Source: Candidatus Latescibacterota bacterium (lineage in GTDB: Bacteria > Latescibacterota > UBA2968 > GCA-2709665). Taken from it: DNA of 64,000 bases. Each line of letters opens with the position of its first letter. Within the stretch, counting starts at the first letter, position 1. Shown in pieces: positions 8,587 to 19,165 of this stretch. A model generated the notes under the pieces. That model was not told the DNA's origin. It saw only the letters and a list, made by a program, of their open reading frames with translations, and did no database searches. The translations under genes and the position numbers were made by a program. The DNA is taken from assembly GCA_965203805.1 (NCBI GenBank), contig OZ241917.1, forward strand, positions 4,352,001-4,416,000. Direction: 5' to 3'.

Positions 8587-11565
8587 TTAGATGCTTTCTT
8601 CCTGCCAGAGTTTGAGTTGCTCGGGCTCGTCGATATGGTCGCCATAAGCGAGGCGTGCCAAATTATAGAGGACCTCGAAATCGTCGGCAGCGGCGGCGAC
8701 CTCTCCTTTCAGATTGATCCCGGAAAAGGAGCGAGAAACAGGTAGTACCTCGAGGACGGCTTCGAGGGAAGCGAAGAAGCGGGGGTCCTGGTCCACCAGC
8801 GATTCTGCGAGCAACTCCTTCGCCGCAGCGAGGGATCTGATGCGAGCCATATTGGCGGCGTGATGGATGGCATCGATCATGCTCCGTGAACCATCAGCTG
8901 GACCGAGTGTCCCTTTGGCGGCTCGCCGCGAACTATCCCACAAGATGATATCGCTGCCTTTTTTCTCTCCCAGGCGGTTGATGATGTCGTTGTCGATATT
9001 GACACCGACGGCACGTGCGAGCCTCAGCGCTTCATCGTAGGAAAACTTCGGCGCCTTAAACGCGTCCCACGCAAGGACTATAAACGCGGTGATCCCGTCC
9101 AGATCCTCATCCCCCTTGAGATGCGTGAGCTGTTCCAAACGCCAGCGCTTGACCTCACGTCGCGCCGCGTCCAGTGCGTCTTCCGGTGTCGCCCCGTACG
9201 GATCCCAATCCTCCTCAAAGAGTACCTGCTGGCGCCGCCGCCGTCGCTCCTTTGGGATCGGGCGCGGTGTGCCCCGTTTCAACGGCCAGTGTCGGGAGAA
9301 TTCCTCGAGCGCGGGTCCGAATGACGCTAGGTAGAGATCGACTCCCGTAATACCCGCATCTTGAAAATGCTGAATCCGCGTTCGAACCGCGCGGGCCACG
9401 CGAGGTTCGACATCTTCCCAATACACGGAATCTGTTTTTGCAACATAGTGCGCTGGGTTTTCACGCACCACATCTGTGTCTACACCATTGATACGTGGTT
9501 TGCGCGGTCGACAGACCAGAAAAATAGTACTGTTGGCCGCAGCCTTTTCCTTAATGTGCAGGCTGCCTTGCGCTTCAGTGTTGATGGGCCAAGACGCGGT
9601 GACGGTAAAGCCTGCGTCCATCAATCCCTTGGTGAGAGCGTCCCAGGCGTCGGTCTCCTTATGGGTGAACATAACGGTCATTATACCGTTCGGTTTTAAC
9701 GTTCTACGACATTCTGCAAAGATTGAAGCCATGCGCTCCTGGTATTCTCTGTCCGCGAGCGCCATGGCGCCCTTTTGGCCTTTGAATTTAGCAATATTGG
9801 CGACAGCTTCGTTTTCCTTGTCGGTTAGGTGACGTCTGAACAGTTCCGGAATGACGTAGCCAGCGGTACGTTTAAGCCACACATAAAAGTAATCGGATAA
9901 CTCCGCGTACATCACGTTAGCGCCGTAAGGCGGGTCCATAACCACAGAATCGATGGTACCATCGTCGATGTGGTCTAGGTTGTCACCGGGCTTACAGCTT
10001 ATGGTAATGGGCGGAGCTGCGGCGTGGTCTTTGTCGAACAAATCAACAGAATCACTTGTTTCGGGGCTAACCAGTTCGATGAGTTCTGTGACGCATTTCG
10101 CGGTCTTGTCGATTGCCCAGTCGAAGCCTACGCCAGATTCCAGCAGTGCCATTTCACCATATGACCAGACAAACGCAAAGTTGTGTTGGTCAAAGATGGA
10201 CCGTATTCGGCTTGTTGTATTATCCCAACGACCAGCACGATTATTGTAGTTAAGTAGGGTATCAATCGTCAATGCAAGATATGTATACGCCGCTTCACAT
10301 ACCTCGTTCAACTCGCCGGTACTATGGTCGGCATCTAGTAACTCCCGGAAGACTTCTACTCCTGTGCAATGGCTCAGAAGCTGACGGGGTGAAAAGAAAT
10401 CGCGCCAGAACGCCATTCCATAACGTGTTGGTTCGTTAGTCTTGTTACCATCAGGGATCCGCTCGCCCGGAATGATGTCTAACGCCTCCCACTCGGGAAG
10501 TTTCTCCGAGAGACCTCTGCGAATCTTGGCCGAATTGTCATCCTCAAGTCGAGGTGCCCTGAATCCACGGACCCACTTCTCTCTGGCTTTACCAGTCTTG
10601 GTCTCGACGACGATCCTTTTTTTATATACGACTGCGTAGAGTTGCTCGCCCATCTTGCCAGCTTGGGCCTGCGCTTTAATTTCATCACCATCTATAACGC
10701 GGCGGCAATCGGGATATGGACAGGTGCCCGCGCCATTCGCTTCTGTTCCAGCCGATTGCTCGCTGGCGGAATGGACAATTTTGAATGAACAGATACGGCC
10801 GCCAGTACCACTGCCGCACGCTAGATGCGTCCTGAGCTTGACCCCGGTTCCGTCTGGCGCCAGGCGCCAGTTGGGTGAAAGCGGAACTACTCCCTCGCAA
10901 TAAGGACAGGTAATCGTACGTGCCCACAGATAGGTCAGGTCAACCTGCCCTGGCATGTCATGTTGGGGATAGTAGGAGCGGAGTCGACGCTCTAACTCCC
11001 TGCGCCATTTTCTAGCCAAAATATCGAACTGATCCTTCACAATGTGCGAAAAGGCCGAGGGCCACTCTACCGTGGCGCGCATTACTAGTGCGGCCACAGG
11101 ATTCAGATCGTTGGCGAGTGACTTAAGACCCACGCGGATTGTTTCAAACGGAATACTCCCGCCGCCAGCTGTTGGGTCTAGCACGACGGGATTACACGTT
11201 CCTTTTCCAAGGGTCGACTTAAGCCATACGGTGTCAGTTTCATCCATCAAGTAGCCAAATGCACGATTGTAACCGTACGGATCCTTAACGCGGACACCAG
11301 TCCTTCGCGCCTTCTCAATTGCGTCGCGAGCGGAGACAGGATCTCCATGAATTCCAAGTATATGCAAAAATCTCTCCCGGTCTGCATCCGCTGGCAGAAG
11401 GGAGGCGAGAATCGCGGCACGTGAAGCCACTAACGGCCGGCGCGCCCACCATACGTGTAAGTAGTAGGTAGGAGGTAATGCAGTCATGGAGCGGCGCTCT
11501 CGCGTACTCTCTTCGCTGAGCTCGGCAATCGGCAACCATCGTTCTATGAGGCGGGTGTCGTGCAT
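8587..11565 (-). CDS. DUF1156-type adenine-specific DNA methyltransferase with Zn ribbon
   Basis: LHVWWARRPL, LDPTAGGGSIP (SAM binding), CPYC and CPYPDC, catalytic DPPY, FTHK. Confidence 0.92.
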   Translation of the reverse strand: MHDTRLIERWLPIAELSEESTRERRSMTALPPTYYLHVWWARRPLVASRAAILASLLPADADRERFLHILGIHGDPVSARDAIEKARRTGVRVKDPYGYNRAFGYLMDETDTVWLKSTLGKGTCNPVVLDPTAGGGSIPFETIRVGLKSLANDLNPVAALVMRATVEWPSAFSHIVKDQFDILARKWRRELERRLRSYYPQHDMPGQVDLTYLWARTITCPYCEGVVPLSPNWRLAPDGTGVKLRTHLACGSGTGGRICSFKIVHSASEQSAGTEANGAGTCPYPDCRRVIDGDEIKAQAQAGKMGEQLYAVVYKKRIVVETKTGKAREKWVRGFRAPRLEDDNSAKIRRGLSEKLPEWEALDIIPGERIPDGNKTNEPTRYGMAFWRDFFSPRQLLSHCTGVEVFRELLDADHSTGELNEVCEAAYTYLALTIDTLLNYNNRAGRWDNTTSRIRSIFDQHNFAFVWSYGEMALLESGVGFDWAIDKTAKCVTELIELVSPETSDSVDLFDKDHAAAPPITISCKPGDNLDHIDDGTIDSVVMDPPYGANVMYAELSDYFYVWLKRTAGYVIPELFRRHLTDKENEAVANIAKFKGQKGAMALADREYQERMASIFAECRRTLKPNGIMTVMFTHKETDAWDALTKGLMDAGFTVTASWPINTEAQGSLHIKEKAAANSTIFLVCRPRKPRINGVDTDVVRENPAHYVAKTDSVYWEDVEPRVARAVRTRIQHFQDAGITGVDLYLASFGPALEEFSRHWPLKRGTPRPIPKERRRRRQQVLFEEDWDPYGATPEDALDAARREVKRWRLEQLTHLKGDEDLDGITAFIVLAWDAFKAPKFSYDEALRLARAVGVNIDNDIINRLGEKKGSDIILWDSSRRAAKGTLGPADGSRSMIDAIHHAANMARIRSLAAAKELLAESLVDQDPRFFASLEAVLEVLPVSRSFSGINLKGEVAAAADDFEVLYNLARLAYGDHIDEPEQLKLWQEESI

Positions 11566-11659
11566 CGGTTTAATACCGCATTTGCTCCATTGTCAATTCT
11601 GGGTATAAGATTTCGCGAAATCTCTAATGTTGAAGTCGGTTTGACCACACTAACCGACA

Positions 11660-13411
11660 TCAAAACCTGAAACCAAACAGCCCACCGGTTTCCGTTGCAT
11701 CTGTCAACCGTGGTTGAACGATGTGGTTTTCAAGATTGAATCCCTTTGTAAACCCTTCCGTCGGCACGGAATCGGAATTCATAGTGACAATGTATTGAAT
11801 GCCCTTCGCTTCGGCCCGCCGTGCGCCAAGTTGGAGCGCCTTGGCAACCTGTCGCTCGTCGACACCGTCAAAGAGATGGCTGTCGTGGATCAGGAACCCC
11901 GGCCAGCGGTTTTGTTTCGCGCAGATCTCGGTCAGCATGAAGTCGAAGCAGAAAATCTGCATGTTCGTGATTCCCTTGCTGCGTTCCCCGGCGATGTGAA
12001 CTTCGAATTTCGGACCATTTGGCGTATCGGCGATTGTCAAACTTCCCGCGTTTTCATAAAGCGAGCTTGATAGTTCCTCAAAGCTCAGAATGGCCTCACG
12101 GACGATGTCAGCCCGTTCATGGATGTCGTTCCTCAGCGCCGTCACCAGCCGCGTGCGTTCCATGTCGAGTTCCGTTTTGGTACTTTCAAAGCGCTCGGCG
12201 GTTTCGAGTCTTGCCTTAAGCATTTCGCTTTCGGCTTCGGCCCTGCCAAGCTCTTCGCGCAATCCGGTATAGTGCTCCAGCGCTCCGCCTGTTTCCAGCA
12301 AGACCATGACTTGCCGACGTCGATGATCCAATCCGTTCTTGCGCCTATCCCGCTCGCCAATTCGATCTTCCGCACTCTGAACTTCTGCGCCAAGATGCGC
12401 TCGGCGATTTTGGACGATCGTCTGGTGAAACCGCTCTACCTCCCTGATCCGTCGGCGGGGCAAGTCTGGCAGCACAATGCCGGCCTCGGAATACAGCTTG
12501 TCCAAATCCTTAAAGTCCGGCGCGCCTTCCGCCGAAAGCGACGCTTGCAGTTCTCGAATCAACTCCTGATCAACGATATTCTCAATATTAAGTTTGTTTA
12601 TCGTGTCGGTAATTTCGCTTGCCTCACGCTCCAGTTCCTTGTACTCCGGCACCACCTGGAACGTGTCGAGTTGTGCACGCAATCGATCCGTATGAGCTTC
12701 TGCAAGGGTGAGTTGTGTTCGCAACTCCGCCGCCTTGCCAAAGTAGCGACCGAGGTCGCCGGAACCAGCTGCTTTACGTAGTTCCTTTGCGACCTTCTCT
12801 TGTCCGCGAAGTTCCTGAAAACGACCCGGAATGGTCCAATCCAGACCAATCAGATAGCAGACGGCTGCCTGATGGTCCCACGATTGCTGCATCGTCGAGT
12901 GTTGCGTCGGTTTCAGAAACCCGCCACCTTCCTGCCGTCGCGCCACAAACGAGAAAAGCGACCGGAAACTTGGCTGGAAACGTTTGACGCCGTCGGCGGG
13001 CAGTTGAAACCACAGGGCGCCGAGGACGTTTTTCCACTGTTCATTGGGCAATTCGTGCTGAACCGGAAAAAGTTGTTGATTACGATCAATAGGCCAATTT
13101 TCTATGTCACCGTCAATGTAGACTCGGCTTGGCTTTTCGCCGCTGCGAGAAATCGAGTAGTTTTCGGTACCGATGTCGACGGACACACTAAACGTCCAGT
13201 TATTTAGTGCTTCCGATCGAAAGATACTTTGTGGTTTTGCATCCGCTCCGAAGAGAAAATGGACGAGCTCCACGAAGCTGGTCTTTCCGGCGCCGTTGCG
13301 AGATTGAAGATCGGTCGCACCTTCGCTCTTGTCTGCGAGGATGATGTTGAGTCCGGGACCAAACGTCAATTGCTTAAAGGACTCAAGATCACTGCTCAGA
13401 TGTCGAATCAT
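11660..13411 (-). CDS. SMC-like ABC ATPase (DUF2326), Lamassu LmuB / ABC-3C ATPase
   Basis: Walker A RNGAGKTS, long coiled coil, SKG signature, Walker B region FLIHDSHLFDGVD. Confidence 0.88.
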   Translation of the reverse strand: MIRHLSSDLESFKQLTFGPGLNIILADKSEGATDLQSRNGAGKTSFVELVHFLFGADAKPQSIFRSEALNNWTFSVSVDIGTENYSISRSGEKPSRVYIDGDIENWPIDRNQQLFPVQHELPNEQWKNVLGALWFQLPADGVKRFQPSFRSLFSFVARRQEGGGFLKPTQHSTMQQSWDHQAAVCYLIGLDWTIPGRFQELRGQEKVAKELRKAAGSGDLGRYFGKAAELRTQLTLAEAHTDRLRAQLDTFQVVPEYKELEREASEITDTINKLNIENIVDQELIRELQASLSAEGAPDFKDLDKLYSEAGIVLPDLPRRRIREVERFHQTIVQNRRAHLGAEVQSAEDRIGERDRRKNGLDHRRRQVMVLLETGGALEHYTGLREELGRAEAESEMLKARLETAERFESTKTELDMERTRLVTALRNDIHERADIVREAILSFEELSSSLYENAGSLTIADTPNGPKFEVHIAGERSKGITNMQIFCFDFMLTEICAKQNRWPGFLIHDSHLFDGVDERQVAKALQLGARRAEAKGIQYIVTMNSDSVPTEGFTKGFNLENHIVQPRLTDATETGGLFGFRF

Positions 13412-13653
13412 GCCCTGGTCCTCTTGATCAGACCACGATCCAACTCCACGGCGCTGATCATGTAAAGCAAGTCAAGGGCGAGAACGAACCACCGATAGTC
13501 GATGACCGGGCTGGAGGCGTCAGCTGACCGGCGAGACCGGATCTCGTCCCAGAGCCTTGACATAGTCATCGGCTCGCTAAGTGCGTCGAGCACTTCCGCT
13601 CCCACGCCGATCAGCGCTCGGTCAGGCGAGATGTGTTTGGTCGGGAGAATCAC
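13408..13653 (-). CDS. ABC-3C middle component (LmuC-like small winged helix)
   Basis: (M)ILPTKHISPDRALIGVG...WFVLALDLLY; GTG start with AGGAGA RBS; 4-nt overlap with the ATPase. Confidence 0.8.
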   Translation of the reverse strand: MILPTKHISPDRALIGVGAEVLDALSEPMTMSRLWDEIRSRRSADASSPVIDYRWFVLALDLLYMISAVELDRGLIKRTRA

Positions 13654-13657
13654 TCTC

Positions 13658-14551
13658 CTACTCCGGGTCTTCAAAGATGTCACACCGCTCGAAGAAATAG
13701 GACAATACAGCCAGCGCCGCGTTTTGTTGGGCCGGTTCCCCTCCCGTGCCGGCGTACTGTTGTAGGTGCGTGAATATTCCATCCGGCGACCTTCCGGCCC
13801 CCTTTAGCTCGGCATATCGACCGCGGAACGCCTCCGCAATCTGTTCGCCGAGGTCTGCATTAGGAGTTCTCCTGAACCAGGTCTCGACCAATGCCTCCTT
13901 ACGCCGTCCCACTCGGAGCAGTTCGGCGGCGTCTTGGGAGAGCGAATTTCTCGCAAGCTTGTCCACCGACGGCGGGGTGAGCGGTTCCTCGCCGGGTATG
14001 GGATCTGCCCTCTGAAGTGCGTCGATGACAGGTTTCAGGTCCTCCAACATCAGCGTTTCGACACCTGTCTTCGTCGGTGCATAGCCAAAGAGGGCCTGAA
14101 TAGCGTACAAAGGGAGACCGTCAACAAGCTGCTGTAGTTTAGCCTCTGTCCAAATTTCTATCTTGATATTGGGATGACTTTCCCGAAGCCCATTAATCAA
14201 CTGGATCGATGACGGCGGCAGTCCTCGGCCGTCGTTGTGAACCAGCACCCACTCTGCCATGTCATTGCCCCAATGTGCATAGGCCCCGCGAAAGTCTTGG
14301 CTGACTTTGTCGTTAAGTTTCGCTGCCGTCATCTGGTCCGGAGCGTAACACTGGAAAATGGTACGGGTGCTGACTCGACGCCCGTCGCACTTAAGATCGC
14401 CTTGACTCCCGTACGGGCGAACAGCCTCAAAGTCCGGTCCGAAGGCGTACCCTGCAAGTTTGACGAACCAGTCCTGGAATTCGCTCCCTTTCTTTTCCAA
14501 GAACGCCTCACGAAAACGCAGTCGGTAGAACGCTGTTTGTACTTCATCCAT
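13658..14551 (-). CDS. ABC-3C effector (LmuA-like): restriction-endonuclease-like N-terminus plus CTD
   Basis: FQDWF...PYGSQGDLKCDG...FQCYAP nuclease-like region and terminal YFFERCDIFE motif. Confidence 0.82.
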   Translation of the reverse strand: MDEVQTAFYRLRFREAFLEKKGSEFQDWFVKLAGYAFGPDFEAVRPYGSQGDLKCDGRRVSTRTIFQCYAPDQMTAAKLNDKVSQDFRGAYAHWGNDMAEWVLVHNDGRGLPPSSIQLINGLRESHPNIKIEIWTEAKLQQLVDGLPLYAIQALFGYAPTKTGVETLMLEDLKPVIDALQRADPIPGEEPLTPPSVDKLARNSLSQDAAELLRVGRRKEALVETWFRRTPNADLGEQIAEAFRGRYAELKGAGRSPDGIFTHLQQYAGTGGEPAQQNAALAVLSYFFERCDIFEDPE

Positions 14552-14818
14552 GCTACTACGCTCCGAAGGCTTCGTAATTGCGGACAATCGGACTACGGAA
14601 ATCATCTACAATGCGCGGCGTACGCGTTTCGGTCAAAGGTATGTGAACGTCCAAACTAGCCGCTGTCGCTCCCACACCACGTAAGTATGTTCGGGTGATG
14701 TAAACGGTCACTGCCCTCGGCCTGCACGTGCTATCGATGCCAAAGCCGGCGATCGTCAGGCATCGGCATATATGCCCAAGTTGGTTGTAGGAACGGATCC
14801 GTGATGTGCCGGTTTCCA

Positions 14819-15211
14819 TCATCTCTCGAAAGCTCTTAAGATGCTATTCGCCCATTTTTCCGCATCCCGGCGGTTGTTCATTGTAAACACAGGAAGATCG
14901 TGAAAGACGATTTGAGACATCCACTTTTTCGAGCCCGCCGTGCACTCATAGCCAATTGTCCACCGAAAAATGCTGCCAACCTGCATTTTTGCTACATCGT
15001 CTTCTGATATTTCATCAAACGGAATATGTGCTTCTTCGTTCGCACAATTCATCCCTGACGTAAGGTCAGTCAATCGTGCAGAAAACTCTGTATCATCAAC
15101 GTCTGTGACATAACCCTCCCACTCCTGCTGTATCTTCATTCCGTCTGTCCCTCCAAAGTAACTAACGGAATATCCCGTGGAGAATCGCAATTTAACAAGA
15201 GTCCATACCAA
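14819..15211 (-). CDS. Hypothetical protein
   Basis: 130-aa ORF co-oriented within the operon (QEWEGYV...GSIFRWTIGY); start uncertain. Confidence 0.55.
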   Translation of the reverse strand: MVWTLVKLRFSTGYSVSYFGGTDGMKIQQEWEGYVTDVDDTEFSARLTDLTSGMNCANEEAHIPFDEISEDDVAKMQVGSIFRWTIGYECTAGSKKWMSQIVFHDLPVFTMNNRRDAEKWANSILRAFER

Positions 15212-15217
15212 ACCTGT

Positions 15218-15697
15218 TCATCGTCTCGGCTCTGTCAAAAGTAGCCGTAGAGCCGCGAGCACGCGGCGTGGATACTTGCGGTGGACCGCCATGCCCAGCC
15301 AATATGCCGCCTCTTCGCGACCCATTGCCTCGATGCCTTCAGCTACCGCCCGCATGTTCTGACGACTTCGCATCGGTGCAAGTGTGCGAAATAGGAGCCC
15401 AAGCATCAACGCTACATCTTCAGTTACGGTGTAGCCTCGTTTTCTGGTGTCCGTGCTGCGGGTTGGATTGACACCAGAGCGCGTCAACCACTTAAGTATC
15501 CTATGCTCGACCAATTCCAGATTGCGGCCCCGAAGGCCGGCGATCCGCAGCGGTGACGTAATTTGGGGTGTGGATATGGCAGGAACCTGCCATACTTCAT
15601 ATTCTGCGCCGATAGAACCGTGACCGCGCACCCGTAACTCGTATCGAGGCACGGAATCTGGAGTTCTAATCTGGGTAATTCTCTCCGCGTGCGCCAT
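15218..15697 (-). CDS. Small DUF499-system partner protein (DUF3780/DUF7680-like)
   Basis: LGLLFRTLAPMRS...MGREEAAYWLG; start overlaps the end of the DUF499 gene. Confidence 0.7.
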   Translation of the reverse strand: MAHAERITQIRTPDSVPRYELRVRGHGSIGAEYEVWQVPAISTPQITSPLRIAGLRGRNLELVEHRILKWLTRSGVNPTRSTDTRKRGYTVTEDVALMLGLLFRTLAPMRSRQNMRAVAEGIEAMGREEAAYWLGMAVHRKYPRRVLAALRLLLTEPRR

Positions 15698-18600
15698 CTT
15701 GATCCTCGACCTTCGCGGTGGCCGATACGTATGCGGCTCCGCTGGAAAACCGGGCCAGCCGCTCGGTGATTTTCTCCGCCGCATCTCCGTGCATCGAAAG
15801 TCCCTGTGCGAATGTCAACTGGAATGCCGTTTCAATAGTCTGCGTGCGTGCCGCCCTTAATTGGGGATCCAGAAACTCCTTAACCGGCTGAGCATCCGAT
15901 ACAGAACCACGAAATACCAGTTCGAACGAACCACCTTCGGTGGTTTCATAGCCGCCTGTTAGTTTTACGTTCTTCTCTGCTCCTGATATCCCGCCCACAG
16001 CGCTAATGACGCGGAAGGCGTCGTTTGCCTCAAATAGCTCGATGGACAGATATTCGATGGCCTCGACGTCTTTCGCACGTGCCTTCTCCCACAATTGCAC
16101 AAGTGCTTCCTTGAGAATTCCCTCTGCGTTGAAAGTTTCGGGTTCGCTCCCGGTGAAATAGACCCCTGGCCGACCCGGAATCGGCGAAGGGCGGGGATCG
16201 GTTAAGGCTCCACCGGGCGTGGCCGGTTGTTCGCCTTTAATTTCGTTCGTTGGGCTGCCAGCGGGAGTCCGAGGCCAGATTCCGGCATTTACCGCGTATC
16301 CCATGGTAAAGACTACGGCTTGCTCATCGATCATGATAGTTGCTGCCGGATCGTCGGGGCCGAACAGCAGGTCACCCCGCTGGTACACGTACTCCCCCTG
16401 CGCAATGCCGTGCCGTACCCCACGAATAAAGATGTCGTTGCCAATGAGCATTGGAAGTGCGGGATCGCGACTGAACTCCTCCCGCAATGCGAGCGTGGTG
16501 ATTTGGCCTTTCTTTAGTGGTGTTCGATCCCTCACATAGACGGGCGAATCCGGCTGGTCTTCGGATAAGCGAAGTTTATTGAGATCACGTAGAACTCGTA
16601 CAATCTGCTGTTGGCCCGTTCCGGGCCGTTCCGAAGCGGAATGGATGTCGATCGCGGTGTGGCCCAGATCGGCGCCGCTCGCGCCAATCCTGTTTCGTGA
16701 AGGGTAGAACACGTGGCGATAACATTGTTGGATGGCAATAGCTAGTTCCTGTTCGGATTTGCCTTCCATCTCGCGCACCTGGGCTTGTTGGTGCTCCGCG
16801 AGATCGATCAGCCGCTCCGGCTTTTTCAGTTCCTGCAATGCCAGACGCCGAACGGCCATCCGTCGCATGTCTTCCTTGAGAGTTTCGTCCGCGACCACAA
16901 AGACCAGGTTGTTTCGAAGCGCGCGCAAGGCCGAACCCTCGGATCCCTTGCGGGAGAATATTCGGTCGATCAGTTCGGGCACCTCATCAACAGAGCCACC
17001 TACAGTGAGCCCATCATAGGCCATAACCGCCAATTTCGGCCGGCCGTCGCCAACTTCGTCAGGTACGTCAAACGGTCCCCCGGGAAAGTGCAATGTTTCA
17101 AAGGTCTTGTTGTCGAAAACGTTGCGGATCGTGTCGTCGAGTTCCGCGCGGGCTTCCCCCGCATCCACGTGCTGTTCCTCACGGCGGATGATCTGGCGGA
17201 GATTGGCCTCAGCCAGAAAACGCATTGGCGCGCCCGGGCGGTCGTCCAGATAAGCAGACTCTGCAAGGAACTTCTTGCGTGCCTCTTCGACAAAACTGAT
17301 GTCTAACGTGGGTCCAACGATCGAATAGCGAAGTTGCTCTTGCGAGATGCCCTTTAGTGGGTCGTTAAAGGCAAGTGTATGCATGAATACGGAGCGTGCA
17401 ACATAGACAGTATAGGGCGGCAATCCCGCGTGATCCCTCGCATCAATTTCTTCGGCTAAGGCCTTTTTCTCGACCGGTCCCGCGGCAATATCGTTCGTGA
17501 TGGCCGGATTGTAAGCAGACTGTCCGAGCCGTGTCACGATTTCCTGACGAATCGGCTGGTATCCAGGATTGACATGATGAAGATGGATTGCTGTCGCGTC
17601 CTTGGGCTTTTCCGTCCAAAGATGGGAAATTGTCCGTGCCAACAACCGAAGCATCCCACGAACCCGTTGAAAATTACCCAGTGTCGCCGTTTTGCCAGTC
17701 AGGGTTGACAAGACTTCTGGATGCAGCGGATACGTCGATCTAAATGTCTCGGCCGTTTCGGCACGGTTCGCATCATCATGCAGGTTGTCTCTGTTGACCA
17801 TCCAACAGGCTCTGTAGGCATCGACGATTTCTGGAATTCCCGTTTCATCAATGGACTCAAACAGCCGGCGGCGGAGGACTTGAACTGTTTCGTCTTCCTC
17901 GGTTGGGTTCAATAACGTCGCCTTACGCGCGGAGACGCTCTCCGCTTCCGCCATATTGTCAGCGATAAATTGGTTCTCTTCGTTGTATGCGTCGGTTGCC
18001 CGACCGTCTTTTCCAATCGCAAGCGTATAGACCAGGACTGCATTGGGAACGCTTTCGACCGCCTTGAACAACGAAGTCAGGAACGCGGTCAACTGAAAAC
18101 GAGCATCTTCAATGTTGCGTACCTTGCGTAAGTAAACGGACAACTCATCGAGAAGTATCAGCACGGGTTCGTGACCGAACAATTCACGGAGTGTCCCGGC
18201 GCCAGGCGCAACCCGACTCTCGTCGCTCTTGCGTACACGTTCGTATCCATCCTCGCCGGCAAGCGCATAGGCGATCTCTCCCCATGGAGTGTAGGCGAAT
18301 AGCCCTTCACTCACTCTGCGCCCATTAGCAGGATCGGCGTTCTCACCGTCGAAGGCCGCGATGCGCACTCGGGTCTGCGGCAAGATAGATGGATCGACAA
18401 ACTCGGCAATATTTGAAACTCCCTCCATTCCCCGCGCGGCGTGACATAACGCGATCAGTCCATGTGTCTTGCCGCCCCCGTAGGAGGTGTCCAGCCGAAA
18501 AATCGAAGCGACTTCACCACCTGTGCCGGACAAACGCTGGCAGACGTTTTCCAACAGGTTCTTCAGGCCCCGTGTGGGATAGGTGTTTGCAAAGAATCGC

Positions 18601-18734
18601 GCCGGGTCGAGGTATTCGGCATTCCCCTCTCCCGTGATGACCTGTGCCAGATCGGCCGCAAAGTCGGCTTCAGTGATCGTTCCTTCGAGCACATCGATAC
18701 GTGGCTGGCATGTATCGAATATCGTTGGTACCAT
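15666..18734 (-). CDS. DUF499 AAA+ ATPase
   Basis: FAADL, FFANTYPT, Walker A YGGGKTH, Walker B LLDEL, YPLHPE, FQRVRGMLRLLA; GGGAGG RBS upstream of ATG 18734. Confidence 0.92.
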   Translation of the reverse strand: MVPTIFDTCQPRIDVLEGTITEADFAADLAQVITGEGNAEYLDPARFFANTYPTRGLKNLLENVCQRLSGTGGEVASIFRLDTSYGGGKTHGLIALCHAARGMEGVSNIAEFVDPSILPQTRVRIAAFDGENADPANGRRVSEGLFAYTPWGEIAYALAGEDGYERVRKSDESRVAPGAGTLRELFGHEPVLILLDELSVYLRKVRNIEDARFQLTAFLTSLFKAVESVPNAVLVYTLAIGKDGRATDAYNEENQFIADNMAEAESVSARKATLLNPTEEDETVQVLRRRLFESIDETGIPEIVDAYRACWMVNRDNLHDDANRAETAETFRSTYPLHPEVLSTLTGKTATLGNFQRVRGMLRLLARTISHLWTEKPKDATAIHLHHVNPGYQPIRQEIVTRLGQSAYNPAITNDIAAGPVEKKALAEEIDARDHAGLPPYTVYVARSVFMHTLAFNDPLKGISQEQLRYSIVGPTLDISFVEEARKKFLAESAYLDDRPGAPMRFLAEANLRQIIRREEQHVDAGEARAELDDTIRNVFDNKTFETLHFPGGPFDVPDEVGDGRPKLAVMAYDGLTVGGSVDEVPELIDRIFSRKGSEGSALRALRNNLVFVVADETLKEDMRRMAVRRLALQELKKPERLIDLAEHQQAQVREMEGKSEQELAIAIQQCYRHVFYPSRNRIGASGADLGHTAIDIHSASERPGTGQQQIVRVLRDLNKLRLSEDQPDSPVYVRDRTPLKKGQITTLALREEFSRDPALPMLIGNDIFIRGVRHGIAQGEYVYQRGDLLFGPDDPAATIMIDEQAVVFTMGYAVNAGIWPRTPAGSPTNEIKGEQPATPGGALTDPRPSPIPGRPGVYFTGSEPETFNAEGILKEALVQLWEKARAKDVEAIEYLSIELFEANDAFRVISAVGGISGAEKNVKLTGGYETTEGGSFELVFRGSVSDAQPVKEFLDPQLRAARTQTIETAFQLTFAQGLSMHGDAAEKITERLARFSSGAAYVSATAKVEDQDGARGENYPD

Positions 18735-19165
18735 TATTTCGTATCCCTCCCACCACGGAGTGGGGTGCTTCCTTTTACCGGTTCTGATTTCCAATCAAAT
18801 CCGCTGTACGCCGGTGCGAGCATCATTCGCAGAAATCGGTCTCGCGTAAGCATAACAGCTGTTCAGTGTTTTGGAAACTGATTCACTTGAGCAGGAATCG
18901 TGAATTCCTCTCTCTCCTGTGCCATCATCTGGGAATTTGAACAAGCCGAATAAAAACCGTCCCAAGGGCTATCAGAAAGTTACGGTAATTTGTAGCACCA
19001 TGCGCAGGAAATCCTTATTTTATAGATGATCTCGATATAGGTACCAAATTGAATGCGTTATTATAAGTGATCCGTTTTCAACTTGCAAGTTAACTGCATG
19101 TCCGCCGCACGTCGCGACAAACGACGCCACTTCGCGAGTCCACATCCTGAAGTAAAGAAAAAACA

